Source: Octopus vulgaris
Taxonomy: Eukaryota
Length of the DNA stretch: 64,000 bases
Reading direction: 5' to 3'
Assembly: GCA_951406725.2 (NCBI GenBank)
Contig: OX597834.1
Span: 24,180,001-24,244,000 of the forward strand
The translations under genes and the position numbers were made by a program. Shown one piece after another: positions 38,825 through 53,068 of the stretch (the first letter of the stretch is position 1; each line of letters opens with the position of its first letter). Below the pieces are notes generated by a model. It did not search any database. It was not told the DNA's origin and saw only the letters and a program-made list of their open reading frames with translations.

Positions 38825-40797
38825 AACTGGGACAGTATTTGTACTTTTACCTTTTGTCATCAGTAGAATATAGATATGTACTTAATAGGTTTTCTGCTAT
38901 AGACATATACAGGTGTATGGATGTACATATATATATACATGTGCATATATACTTAGAAGAAACTACATATATGTAACCATCTGTCCCTGCAAGCATCTGC
39001 ACATACATTTACACATAGTTATGTACGTGCAATCACGTGTTCCTGCACTCCATGCACATGATATACGCACATACAAAAGAGAACTGCTCATGCAATTATG
39101 TATGTTTCCCCTGCAATACGCTTGTAAATATACACGTATACACACACAGACAATTGTACACTATAGCACACAGACACACACACACACACATGTACACTAC
39201 AATTCACAGACATACACACTAACCACTTGCTTATTGCATTTGTGAGTGACAACACTATAGCATTATAACTTCTGTGATATGTAATGTCAGTATATACGTA
39301 GATATGTGATTAAACAGAGAAAAAGAAAAATCAATTGTTTGTACAACAATCTGTGTGTGTGTATGTGTCTTATTGTTTATCTTTTACTTGTCTCAGTCAT
39401 TGGACTACAACCATGTTGGAACAACAGCTTGAAAGTAGTTGAACAAACTGAACACAGTACTTATTTTTTAAGTGTGGTAATTATTCTGTCAGTCTTATTT
39501 GCCAAACCACTAAGTTATGTGGACCTGTTGTCAAGCAGTTGGTAGATGACAAACACATACATATATATATATATAGATGGATTTCTTACAGGGTTGTGTG
39601 GTAAGAAACTTGCTTCCCAACCACATGATTCCAGTTTCAGTTCCACTGCATGGCACCTTGGGGGAAGTGTCTTGTGTTATAAGTTCGAGCTGACCAAGGC
39701 TTGTGAGTGGATTTGGTAGACAGAAACTGAAAGAAGCCTATCGTGTATATTTGTATATATGTGTGTGTATGTGTGTGTCCCTACCACTGGTAGAATAAGC
39801 ACCTAGCTTTAAAAAAAAATAAGTAGTAGGGTTGATACATTCAGCTAAAATTTCTTCACCAGGTGATGTAGTCTAATGACTGAAACAAATTAAAGATGAA
39901 AGATATATAAATGTATAAAGCCCTTTCTCGAGTCATATAGACACCTGTAAGGCTAGTTCCAGATTTTGTGGTGTATATATGATCCCAGTGGATGGGGTAA
40001 TATATACACTGTTTGACAGTGGACTGGAGCAATGTGAAATGAAGTGTTTTGCTCAAGAACACAATGCATTGCCCAGTCCAGGAATTGAAACCACAATCTT
40101 TTGATCATGAGTCCAACATCCTAATCACTAAGCCATGTGCCTCCATATATACACATATACAAACACAGATATCTTTTACATGTTTTAGTCAATTGAATGA
40201 AAAACCTTGAAGGATTTTTAGTTGAACAAATTAACTGCAGGACTTTTTTTTTTAAAGCCTAGTACTTATTCTATCAGTCTCTTATGTTGAAGCACTAAGT
40301 TATGGGGATGTAAACACACCAACACTAGTTGTCATGTGGTGGTGGTGGGGTACAAACACACACACACACACACACAGATAGATTTATGATGGTTTCCGTA
40401 GACCAAATCCACTCACAAGGCTTTTGCCAGCCCAAAGCTACAGTAGAAGACACTTGCCCAAGGTGCCATGCAGTGGGACTGAAACCGGAACCATGTGGTT
40501 GCGACGCACAGACAGACTGGCTTTCACATGGTTTCCAGCCTGGGGCTATATTAGAAGACACTTGCCAAAGGTGCTGCCCAATGGGATTTATTTACATTTT
40601 AACAAAACAATAAAAGAAGCAGAGGGATTTATAGACATAGTAATTCTTGTTGCCGCTCTTTTACCTTTACCATAGCAACCAGACCCCTTCACCTTTAATA
40701 TGGCAATGAGATCTCCCTTTCTAAGTCATAGGACTATGCCAATTTCCCTCCCCCCCCCGCCCAGTCTCTCCTCTCCCATCTCCCTGTTGACCTTGGA

Positions 40798-41049
40798 ATG
40801 GCAGGCTGCTTAGCTGGCTGGCTGCTTAATGATTTAGTGATTGTGGATGACATTAGCACAACAGATTATCTCACCTGTTCTGGCAGGATTTATTATTCCT
40901 CGGTGAAGAAAATAGAAGGGCAAGAATCAGGTTGTATTAGGAGTAGTGGTGGTGGTGGTGGTGGTCATAATGGTAGTAATTGTAATGACAGTGGTGGTTG
41001 TGGTGGTGGTGGTGATGATGGTTGGTGGATTAATAGAGATCAAATATTT
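40798..41049 (+). CDS. Candidate alternative upstream coding exon (84 aa, Gly-rich), in frame with the Myo6 exon
   Basis: ATG at 40798 opens 252 nt ending at TTT|GTAAGT (phase 0). Part of the frame is (GGT)n low-complexity sequence, so it may be open by chance. Confidence 0.3.
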
Positions 41050-42551
41050 GTAAGTCTACTCTATTTAGCTTCCATGTAACAGTCTATATACTCCATACAT
41101 ACATACATGGTATGTATATGTGTGTGTATGTGTGTCATCATTTAACGTCCATTTTCTATGCTGACATGGGTTGGATGGTTTAACTGAAAACTGGTAGGCT
41201 GGGGAGCTGCACCAGGGTCCTATCTGATTTGGCAGCATTTCTACAGCTGGATGCCCTTCCTAACACTAACCACTCCAAGAGTGTAGTGGGTGTTTTTTAC
41301 GTGCCACCAGCACAGGTGATATATATATATGTGTGTGTGTGTGTTATTATTTAAAACATTTTGATTTGGTTCAAAACTCCTACTAAATGTGTTGATTGAC
41401 TTTTTCTTTCATTTGTCCACTCATTAATATATATACGTATATATATTTATAATAAGTGTAGATCGTATACGAGTGGGTATATATTTATAAAAAAGAAGTT
41501 TGAAAACGCCACTATATAAGATAAATTTTAATTTTCTTAGAAATTTTACATGTTTTGGGTTCTTCTTGAAAAAACGAACCTTATCAAAAATATTTTAAAA
41601 AGTTAAGTGTAATAAAAAAGTTCATAATTGTTTCTTACTGGTCTCAACAGAATATATATATACACATACATGACGGATTCTCCCATTGAAGACGATATAT
41701 CAGTGTTGAGCATTTTTACTGAATGACCTGCACAAATGACTTCTTTATAGTGATCAAATGAATGTGTAGTAAAATTAGCTCACTCACTCTACCAAATCAT
41801 CGTTTGCCTGTATAGGTGCACGGTGTGCCATGTGTCAGGTGTCAAAGCAATTGCAGAGCAATATGAGATGAAACGTTTTGTTCAAGAACATAATGCATCA
41901 CCCAGTCTAGGAATGAATTGAAACCATGATCTCACGATTGTGAATGCAACACCCTAACCACTAGGCTATGCGTCCTCTCTCTCTCACATACACACACACA
42001 CATACATTCTGTGGAAGTTGCTTATTATAATCAAAGTTAATATTATCAACCAGTTTAAGACAGTGAGCTGGCAGAATTGTTAGCATGCTGGATAAAATGC
42101 TACTAAGCATTTTCCCCATCTTTAGGTTCTGAGTTCAAATTCTGCTGAGGTCTGCTTTGTCTTTCATCCTTTTGGGGTTGATAAAATAAGTACCAGTTAA
42201 ATACCGAGGTTGAAGTAATTGACTAACTCCACTCCTCCAAACTTACTGGCCTTGTGTCAAAATTAGAAATCAGTATTATCAACCAGTTATTGTTATCAGA
42301 CGCTTCTGCTTAATGGCATCAGCTGGTTATTATCTAAATGGCTCTCTCCTAAACTTATCACAAGAAATGTGTGAATATTTCTGATTGTTCCGACTCAACA
42401 AGTGGATGTGTTCCTTTCTTTACTCTCATGCAGTGCACCTTGAAGTCTGCACTTATCCTGGCCAAAATTTTCAGTCTTCCTTTCCTTATACAGATCTATC
42501 TCAATATATGAAAACAAACTTCAGTGTGTGCCACTCCCTGAGTCCTTTTAA

Positions 42552-42772
42552 CCCTTTCGTTACTGTATTTATTTTGAGGTGCTCTCTGTTTCTTTCAATT
42601 AATTTTAAATATAACAAAGAATTTAGTGAAATAACTTAGTTATCATTCAGCTAGTGTTAGGAACATTAATTGTGACTAAGGTTTGGTAGAAGATTTTAAT
42701 TCAAAACTTATGGAAACAAGACATTTGTACTCAGAGCCAGAGCCAGTTTCAGCCAGGTTGCTAACGAAAGGG
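42552..42772. mobile_element. Second piggyBac-type MITE family
   Basis: TTAA|CCCTTTCGTTA...TAACGAAAGGG|TTAA. Confidence 0.85.
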
Positions 42773-43794
42773 TTAATGCTGTCATTTCTGTCCCATCATT
42801 CTTAGGACCATCTTAACTGTATAACAGACTGTTCCCAGACAAAGCAGAGCACTGGGGGAGGGGGTCCCTACATACACAACCTAGATTATGTCTCAGTATA
42901 CAATTGGTCCCACAAGATCTCTAAGCCCATGGAGCTCCCAGACAACTGCCCAGAGTGTTATGTGCTTCCTTTAAGAAAGCAATGATCATACATGTATAGA
43001 GAAAGGAAACTGAAAAAATAAGTGGGATAAAAACCACCTTCCATCGTGATGGGAATGGCTTTGATTGTACAACCTGCTCAATGAAAGTTAACCCAGGGTT
43101 AAATAATATAAACAAAAGGTGAAAATTAATTAGAAAAAGCTTCAAAATATTTTTAATTTCATTCACTGCTCTCACCACTGGTTGAACTCTGAGATTGTCC
43201 ACCCACCCAACCACTGTCTATCTTTTGATCAAGATTGACATGTAAGTACACACCTCAATCTCAGTCATGTCCCCACCATCACTGTTAAAAAGAAAGTCTG
43301 AAGTTATTTTTAGCTGCTCACCTGAGAAATTTTGAAATCTTGAACTACCAGTCGCATATACACACACACACACATATTTATATGTACATGTTATATATAT
43401 AACATGGCTGTGCGGTAAGAAACTTGCTTCTCAACCACATGGCTCTGGCTTCAATCCCACTGTGTTGCACCTTGGGCAAGTGTCTTCTACTATTATAGCC
43501 TTGGGCCAACCAAAGCCTTGTGAGTGGATTTGGTAGATAAAAACTGAAAGCCCATCATGTATGTGTGTGTGTGTGTGTGTCTGTCTGTCTGTCTCCCCAT
43601 CATCTCTTGATAACTGCTGTTGGTGTGCTTATGTCCCCATAACTTAGCAGTTCGACAAAACAGACTGATAGAATAAGTACCAAGCTGTAGAAAAAAAAAA
43701 GGTCCTGGGGTCAATTTGTTCAACAAAATCCCTTCGAGGTGGTGCTCCAGCATGGCTGCAGTCAAATGACTGAAACTAGTGAAAGAATAAAGGA

Positions 43795-43864
<70 letters not shown>

Positions 43865-45265
43865 TTCAAAACTTCCATGCTTTCTGAGATTCGCCAACAC
43901 TACACCTGATTTTCTCCCCTCCATACACACGCAAGCATATATCTGACTCATACACTGTTCACTTCCCAGATATTTGTACTTTACTACATATGCTTTATAC
44001 ACACTTTTGACAAATTGTGGTGCACCTGAGCAATGTATAACAATAATTTCATTATTATTATTATATTTACTCACTTATCGGAAAACAGATGTTTGATGAT
44101 ATATATATATATAAACCATTAGATTCACTTCAACATTTAAATTTAATTTGCCAAAATATTTTCGTTGCTTCGACACCATGACCTGTTCAATGACAAAATT
44201 CCATGCTGCATCTGTGCATATTATATATATATATATATCCATCCATGTATGTAGGTGTGTATGTGTGTGTGTGTGTGTGTATGAATTGTTAAAGAACTCA
44301 GGAGCCTCAACAAGTTCCTTGTGCATGAGTAACACCATTGAAATGCTGTTAGTCTTTTATGTTGTATCATGACATGTTTGGGTTGTCAAATGTTTTCTTT
44401 GTATGAACCTATTTCATATGGTTATGCCATTTATTACAAAGAGATTTACTTAACAGTATCTCGAAATACTTTTTCTTTTAACTTCATATATTTATATACA
44501 TGTTTCATTCATACAAACCAGTGGGTGGGTAGCTGCAGTGCAGTAACTTCTTAAGCAGGTTGTAACCTGCTTTAGAAATTACAGCCAACTGTTCTTCAAA
44601 GCACACGTTAATGTATTAAAAAAAGGACACATTGGCTCATGTAGTCCTTGTATGAAAAGCAAAATTAAAATGAAAAAGAAATGGAGTGGACTGTCACAGC
44701 TATAACACAATTGTAGGGTTTATTCTGTTATGTGGATAATCTGTTTTGTGCTCAACTAATAAATAAACGCACACGCACACACACACACACACACTTTTAT
44801 CGTTGATTTTGCTTGTCATTTGACTGCAGCCATGCTAGTGCCTTGAAGGGTTTCTTCTGTGTTGAAAACAAATTGACCCCAGGACTTTTTTTTTAAGGCT
44901 GGTACTTATTCTATCAGACTCTTTGATGAACTAGTAAGTTTTAGGGACATAAACACACCAACAGCAGTTTTCAAACAGTGGTGGGAGACAAAGACACACA
45001 CATAGATATATACATGTACAATAGGCTTCTTTCAGTTTCCATCCACCAAATCCACCCACAAAGCCTTGGTTGGCCCAAGGCTATAGCAGAAAATACTTGC
45101 TCAAGGTATCATACAGTGGATTCCTACTGCACAGCATTATATATATATATATATATATATATATAAGATATACATCTAATATAGATATATGATAAAATTT
45201 TTCTAATATAGAAAAAAAAAAATTTTTTCAATGACCAGCATATTAAATAATACCTTTAAAGGTTA

Positions 45266-45441
45266 AACTTATAAACAAAGGCAAAAGAAAAAATTCTAAT
45301 GCCAAATATGCCGAAAATAGACAAATTGTCAATAACCATATAATTTATCACTATAGTGATAAATTATATGGTTATTGACAATTTGTCTATTTTCGGCATA
45401 TTTGGCATTAGAATTTTTTCTTTTGCCTTTGTTTATAAGTT
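45266..45441. repeat. Perfect 176-bp spacerless palindrome within a (TA)n-flanked repeat element
   Basis: The 88-nt arms are exact reverse complements around CACTA|TAGTG (centre 45353/45354). Related copies occur at about 58742-59001 and 11956-12085. Confidence 0.92.
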
Positions 45442-45521
<80 letters not shown>

Positions 45522-46123
45522 TCCTTTAATTTGGAGGATTTCCAAAAAAGATTTCTAATATTGATTCTTCATATTTTGCTGGTAGTTTACAGGCGTAAAT
45601 TTGTGAATATGCAAATAATACTTGTATATGATGTGTGATGAATTTATGGAAAGAAATCTCGTAAAACTCAACAATTTAGTTAAAAATTGAGAAGAGAAGA
45701 TGTTAAAATATATAAGAGAATTTTAATTCATCCAAACAATCGTTTCATACAGAGATATAAAAATAATGCAAATTCATAATTGAATTAAATTAAATTAATT
45801 AAATAAATTAATTATATATCAATGTCCTCTTCACTGCAAGAAGTATAAACAAAATTTTTACAAAGAAATTGAGAAAGGAAATTGCAGAACAGAATCTAGG
45901 AGATTCATATTTATCCTTATGAGAAAAAGAGACGCAAGTCCAGTTAGGTATTAACTTTAGTTATAATTAATACCTAACTGAACTCGCATCTCTTTTTCTA
46001 AAAAAGTGAAACTGGTCAAGTCAATAAATATCTCTATAAGTTATTGCATTTTTAAACCTTCTTTCATATATATATGAATGATGTGTTGTGAATTTATATT
46101 TTTGAAATCATTGAGTTGGTCGA

Positions 46124-47217
46124 GTGTGTGGCCTGTCTTTCCACAAATACCTGTTGGAGAATTGGAAATGCTACTTGGATGATTGCCTCATCCTATGGTC
46201 CCACACACTCGACCAACTCAATGACTTCAAAAATTTAATCAACAGTGTCAACAACCATATCCAGTTTACAATGGAATATAGTCAAGACCAACTTCCTTTT
46301 CTTGACGTACTTATTATAAAAAAAAAGCACCAACATTGAAATTGATATCCACTACAAACCAAATGATTCCAAATAATACCTTCTGTTCACCTCCAGTCAC
46401 CAAAAGCACATGAAGACAAACATCCCCTTCAACCTAGCGAGAAGAATCTGTACAATTGTCTCAAATTATAGAACACGAAATAAAAGACTCCAATTCTTCT
46501 CGAAAGACATTCCCCAGCATCATTAGTTAACAATGGAATAGAACGGGCCAAGACAATCGCTACCCAAGACTTACAAAAACCAAAACACACTCAAGGTACA
46601 TTAAATAGTCTCCCATATCTCTCAGCACACAATCCAAGAAATGCAAAAGCTTACACAATTATATACAAGAACATCCCACAGCTGAGTCGAGACCCACGTC
46701 TAAAAAAGCACTCGAAACCCATAAAATAATAAAAAGCAAGAGACAACCCAAATCCCTAAAAAACCTACTCACCAATGCAAAATTACCCAACACAAGACCA
46801 ACACCCACTGTCAAAAACTATAGTCGTTCTAACTGCAGGACTTGCATCCACCTCATTGAAGGAACAATATACAAATTCCAGTCGGGACACACTTTTATCA
46901 TAAAAAATAACTCCACTTGCACATCAAAGAATTTACTTTATGCCATAAGGTGTGAAAGGTGCCACAAAGATTACAGAGGGCAAACAAGTCTTACCCCTCA
47001 GAGAAAGGATGACAGTCCACCACCAACAATTGAGGGACCCCACCACAAGACAAATATCACTTAGTTGTCACTTAGATCTCTGTGCACAAAACAAGTCCCC
47101 CAAATTCCTTGTTTTCCCACTATACCAAATCCCAGATAACACCACTGACCAAACACAATTAAATAGGGAAAATAATCTTATTCAAAAATACAGACCACAA
47201 TTCAACATACTCTAACA
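46124..47217 (+). mobile_element. Penelope-like retroelement remnant (RT C-terminus plus GIY-YIG endonuclease; frameshifted, probably Neptune-like)
   Basis: Motifs YLDDCLIL..., IQFTME...LPFLDV, HYKPNDS, NIPFNLARRI; Cys linker NCRTC...TCTSKNLLYAIRCERCHKDYRGQT...LRERMTVH. Contains stops and frameshifts. Confidence 0.88.
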
Positions 47218-47458
47218 TAACCCCCCCCCAGGTAGACACTTTGAAGGTGATAAAAGTATAAACCTGTAAAACTAAGTGAATAAAATAATATTGCAAAATT
47301 CCGGTTTCTTTTGTGTCCCCCTTTGTATATATTGAACTTCATTAGCTTATAGGTGTTTCTGTTATAAGATGCAGGGGACCCATAGTTGAGGGCCTTAATC
47401 ATTTATTCCTTTGTCATCTCTCTTTCTTATATATTTATTGATGATGAAAAACAAAATG

Positions 47459-47773
47459 AAATAAGGAAAGCTTCTAACAACGCAGAAAAGTTTACAAAAG
47501 AAAAAAAAAAAATCTATATATTTTGAGTGCAAAAGCCCATCTTCAGAAGGAAGCAGTCAATGTTATGTGTATTTACATAGATTCCATTATTTTAAACTGC
47601 TCAGAGTTTGGGTTAGCAGCAGCAGCAACTCTCCAAGTGACGGGCAATTTAAAATAAATAAATCTATGTAAAAACATATATTTGACTGCTTTCTCTTGAA
47701 GATAGGTCTTTGCATCTGAAATATACAGGGTTTTTTGTAAAACTTTCAGCATTGTCGGAAACTTTCCTTATTT
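47459..47773. repeat. Diverged inverted repeat whose arms carry degenerate hammerhead cores
   Basis: AATAAGGAAAG...CTTTCCTTATT arms. Left arm (-) reads CTGAAGA-T-GGG...CTC-AAAA-TATA; right arm (+) reads TTGAAGA-T-AGG...TCT-GAAA-TATA. Confidence 0.6.
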
Positions 47774-48574
47774 CTCTCTTCTTTTATTTTCTACTTCTGT
47801 ATACTATACTTCAAGTGAACTACAATGCTGTTATGTATATATTCTTTACATCATAAGGATTTAGAAACTTCACAAGAATATAAAATAATTCATATTTTTT
47901 AACTACAGATTTTCAAGTAGATAAAGCTATAATTAATAGCATGTAAAAGTTTGGTTAAAAACCTTTTTGAACAGAAAAAAGTTAAAGGTTGCCATTGGTC
48001 TTGAACCTACATTTCCTGTAGATATGGCAGGCATTTTACCATTGAACCAAAGGAATGCTTTGAAAATATATATTGCTTCCTAACTACATGGTTTTGGGGT
48101 TCAGTCATATTGTGTATTATCTTGTGCACAAGTATCTTCTATTATAGCCCTGGGCCAACAAGAGACCTATGAGTGAATTTGGATGATGAAAACCAAAAGA
48201 AGCCCTTCATGCATGTGTGGGTGCATGGTGTGTGTGTATGTGTATTGTGTATGTATGTGTATTGTGTGTCTGTTGGTGTCTTTTTGTCTTGATGACTGGA
48301 AAAATGCAGAATTATCGGAGTTATGGGCATTGAAAGTGTACATGCATCAAGAAAGTGCAATAATAAGGTTTAGTAGTTGAAAACTGCGAATAGTGAAATG
48401 CAGAATTAGGTCCGCTGATTGTGAGAATCAAATATTAATCACTTCACTAAAAACTAATAACTGTATGTGCAGGTGCTATGGGTTATTTCCCTTGAGTGTT
48501 TAAAAAAATATTGTGCAGGTGCTATGGGTTATTTCCCTTGGGTGTTTAAAAATTAGTTATATGAGGTAGATATA

Positions 48575-48762
48575 AAAATCCCTTCCAGGGGCCATATTAT
48601 CGATTTTTTTTTTTTCAACAATTTAAGTATGTCACAAGGTTTCCAGACATGAGTTCTACTCACGTGTCAAGTTTCATCAAAATCAATAAAATGATGTAGG
48701 AGGAATTAGCTAATAATGCCACAAACAAACACACACCGATTTTCCACATACGTAGTAGATTA
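48575..48762 (+). mobile_element. Possible non-autonomous Helitron/Helentron-like fragment
   Basis: CAAGTTTCATCAAAATC motif followed by an (ACAA/AC)n tract and a TAGTAGAT end. Assignment is by recalled pattern only. Confidence 0.4.
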
Positions 48763-48900
48763 ACATACACCTATATATATATATACATCACGGGACCACA
48801 GGACCGACCAGACCATCAGATGTTTTACACATCGCTGGTCACAATGTGTTCGCATTGTTTTAGCCTTCGAATGACGCCACCCCGCTGGCTAAGCGAGCAG

Positions 48901-48932
<32 letters not shown>

Positions 48933-49505
48933 CGCATATATGTTTCATAGATACGCATATATATTTCATAGATACGCATATATATTTCATAGATATAGCT
49001 TGCAAGATTTGCATTCATACAGGAGACACTATTGACGTTGATGTTTGTGTTGTGTGTGTGTGTGAGCGTGTTATTTTTTATACCTTGATCTTAAAATGTA
49101 TATTTAGAAATTCCTGCTAGAAGATTTGGTTTTAAAAGCCATCATTAGCCTTGGAAGGTCAAATGATGAAGATTAATTTTTTTCTTTTTTTTCTTAGTGT
49201 TAATTACTTAGCAACATTTTAAAAGAATGCAACAAAACAACAACAGCAAAACATAAAACAAAATAACATTTCAGAAATCAATAAAACTGAACCAAATCTT
49301 TTGTTGGCAAATAAAAATATTTCTAGTATTTTTAGGATTGATGCCCAATTAAATTTACCCTCAAAATAAACATTTACTCCTAATACTACAAAAAGCCACT
49401 GCTGCAGCTGCAGCTGCTTCCATCACCACCACTACTACTAGTACTACTACCACTATCTCTGCTACTATTACCACCACTAAAACTATCACCACCTCCACTA
49501 CTACA

Positions 49506-49537
<32 letters not shown>

Positions 49538-50647
49538 CTATTTCTTTACTACCCACAAGGGGCTAAACATAGAGTGGACAACCAAGGACAGACAAACGGA
49601 TTAAGTCAATTACATCGACCCCAGTGCATAACTGGTACTTAATTTATCGACCTCGAGAGGATGAAAAGCAAAGTCAACCTCGGTGGAATTTGAACTCAGA
49701 ACGTAACGGCAGACGAAATACTGCTAAGCACTTCACCCGGCGTATTAACGTTTCTGCCACCTCCCACCATTACCACCGCCACCATCACTACCACAACTGC
49801 TGAGCACCGCATTTGTTCTGAGATATGTAGCTCATTGCCCCCACCCCATCTTTTTTTCTTTTCTGTTTTTCTTTTACGAGAGAGAGAGAAGTATAATTTG
49901 CAATTTTATTTAGGAATAAAATCATTAACTTTTCCATGCTTGCATGGGTCAGACTAAATTTGTTGATGCCAATTGTCCATTACCTGATGCCTGTCTTGTT
50001 GCCAACTCTCACCTGTTTCCAAGTCAAGTAATATTTCCCCTCATGACCAGACATATTTTTGTGGAAGATTGGAAATGGACACCATAGCTCTGATATGACA
50101 GCGGCACTTGTTTACAACTGTGTGATCTCTAGACAACAGTACAAAGATACACACCCACTTGTATACACACACAAATATACACACCCACATGTATACACAC
50201 ACACATATATTCACCCCTATGTATACACATGCAAATACACACGTGTATGTGTATATACACATAAATATCAAACAATGAGAATGAGTGCTCAACAACGCAT
50301 TGTTGGATGAAAGTTCTATATTTGTGTATTAAGACTACAACTGGTTTCATGCTAAGAAATATCTCAACAGTTATTTAAGTCAATCATCATCATCATTGTT
50401 TAATGTCCGCTTTCCATGCTAGCATGGGTTGGATGGTTCAACTGGGGTCTGGGAAGCCAGAAGGCTGCACCAGGCCCAGTCTTATCTGGCAGTGTTTCTA
50501 CACCTGGATGCCCTTCCTAACGCCAACCACTCCGTGAGTGTAGTGGGTGCCTTTTACGTGCCACCTGCACAGGTGCCAGATGAGGCTGGCAAATGGCCAT
50601 GATCGGATGGTGCTTTTTACATGCCACCAGCACGGAGGCCAGACGAG

Positions 50648-51092
50648 GCTGGGCATGGATACATTGAAACTCCAACGTCTGGCAGCTGACTTGGCAGACA
50701 CCCATAGAATTATTCACCATCTTAAAAACAATAACTCTGAGCACCTTTTCAAACTCCATCTGTCTAACACCCGTGGACATGTTTACAAAGTCAGAAAACA
50801 GCACAGCTCCCATGACTTTCGGAAACATTTTTTCACTCTAAGAGTTGCTGAAGCATGGAACAAACTGCCGGCATCAGTTGTTGGTTGTCGGAGCACTGCA
50901 TCCTTCAAAACTTCCATGCTTCCTGAGATTTGCCAACATTACATCTGATTTTCTCCACTCCATACACACACAAGCATATATCTGACTCATACACTGTTCA
51001 CTTTCCAGACATTTGTACATTACTGCATAGGCTTTATATGCACTTTTGACAAGTTGTGGTGCACCTGAGCACTGTATACAATAATTTCATTA
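50648..51092 (+). mobile_element. CR1-clade LINE 3' end
   Basis: LQRLAADLADTHRII...NTRGHVYKV...RKHFFTLRVAEAWNKLPASVV. Confidence 0.85.
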
Positions 51093-51559
51093 TATATATA
51101 TATATGTATATGTACATAATTATATATATGTATGTATATGTATATGTACATAATTATATATATGTATGCATATGAATACATGTATATATATGTACATATA
51201 TATATGTATATATATATGTATGTGTATATATATATACGTGTGTGTGTGTTTATACATGTATATATGTATGTATGTATGTATGTATATATATATTATGTCA
51301 TCATCATCGTTTAATGTCCGCTTTCCATGCTAGCATGGGTTGGACAGTTTTGACTGAGGACTGGCGAACCAGATGGCTGCACCAGGCTCCAATCTTGATC
51401 TGGCAGAGTTTCTACAGCTGGATGCCCTTCCTAACGCCAACCACTCCGAGAGTGTAGTGGGCGCTTTTTATGCGCCACCAGCATGGGGGCCAGTCAGGCG
51501 GTATTGGCAACGACCTTGCTCAAATCTTTTTACACATGCCACTGGCACAGGTGCCAGTA

Positions 51560-52052
51560 CTGACACGCTCATGAATGAGGTTACACAAGAAAGTTAATTC
51601 ATAACTGTAAATTACCAAACTAACAAACTATCTGCCTTCAAATTAAAAACTAATCACATACCTTTGATGCGATTGCAAAACTAACTTCTCATTTGCAACA
51701 AATATTAGGTCAAGGAAAAAGATTTTGTGTGCTGTGTTAAAATAATGCTTTTTTTATATGGTGCAACATGATTGAGTCTACGATGTGCTGGTTGAAAAAA
51801 ACCCAAAGCTTGTTCATCGAAAACATGCTTTGTTTTAACAGGACAATGCAAAACTGCACACCACCAGAAAGACCAGCAACAAGACTGAAGAATTGGATGG
51901 TGTGGAAGTTCTGCCACATCCAGGCTTTAGTCCAGACATTCTCCATCTGACCACGGACTCTTCTGACCAATGCAGCACTTTATGAAAGGTCACTGATTTG
52001 AGTCATTCGATGAAGTTGAAGAAGCCTGTCAAGAATTTTTCGATTCAAAGCC
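51560..52052 (+). mobile_element. Mariner remnant (C-terminal catalytic region)
   Basis: QDNAKLH...EELDGVEVLPHPGFSPD-like motif read across frameshifts. Confidence 0.65.
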
Positions 52053-52097
52053 AAATATATATATTATATATATATAATATATATATATGTATGTACA

Positions 52098-52148
<51 letters not shown>

Positions 52149-53068
52149 GCATATATATATATATGTATGTGCATATGTATATATATATGTATGTGCATAT
52201 ATATATATATGTATGTGCATATATGTGTATATGTATGTGCATATATGTGTATATATATGTGTACATATGTATATATATATATATATGTATGTATATATAT
52301 ATGTATGTATATGTATATATATATGTATGTATATGCATATATATATGTGTGTATGTATATGCATATATATTTATATGAATATATGTATGTATATATATAT
52401 GTATACATACAAGGTCCCTCGTCCTGCAATGTGGGCTATCCTAGCCCAGTTTGGATGTCCAGAGGACTTTGTTGCCCTGGGCCACTCCCTCAATGATGGC
52501 ATGGTGGGTAGGAAAGAGTGAGAGAAAGTTGTGGAGAAACAGTCAGCAGAAGTCCTGAGGTCAATTTGACTAAAACCCTTCAAGGCAGTGCTCCAGCTGG
52601 CCACAGTCCAATGACTAAAATACATTAAAGAAGATAAAAAGAAAATTCCATGACAAATGTATGTAAATGTGAATAGTGTAAGTGTAATCCCTAAAGATGA
52701 GATTAATAGTCTGTAAAATGATAATCTTCTTAACACAATAATTCATTTCAGACATTTAAAAGTATGTTACACTGAGTTTTTTTTTTAAATCACAAATATG
52801 CTTGATGCATTGTGTGGTTTCAAAGTGATAATAGTCTCTGAGATATAACGGTTGTGTAGTTTGTTCTGCAATAATAATGACTATGTGGTTTCTAAGGAAA
52901 TTATAATAGTTACTGAGATAATGGCAGAGATAACAAAAGAACAAAACAACAAAAGCATGATGTGTCATATAATAAAGTAATAATAACCTGTGGAAATTTC
53001 CAGATATCTTAATATAGGCTAATGGCATGCAGTTGCTTCGCTTAATTTCTGAAGTTAATTCGTTTAAT

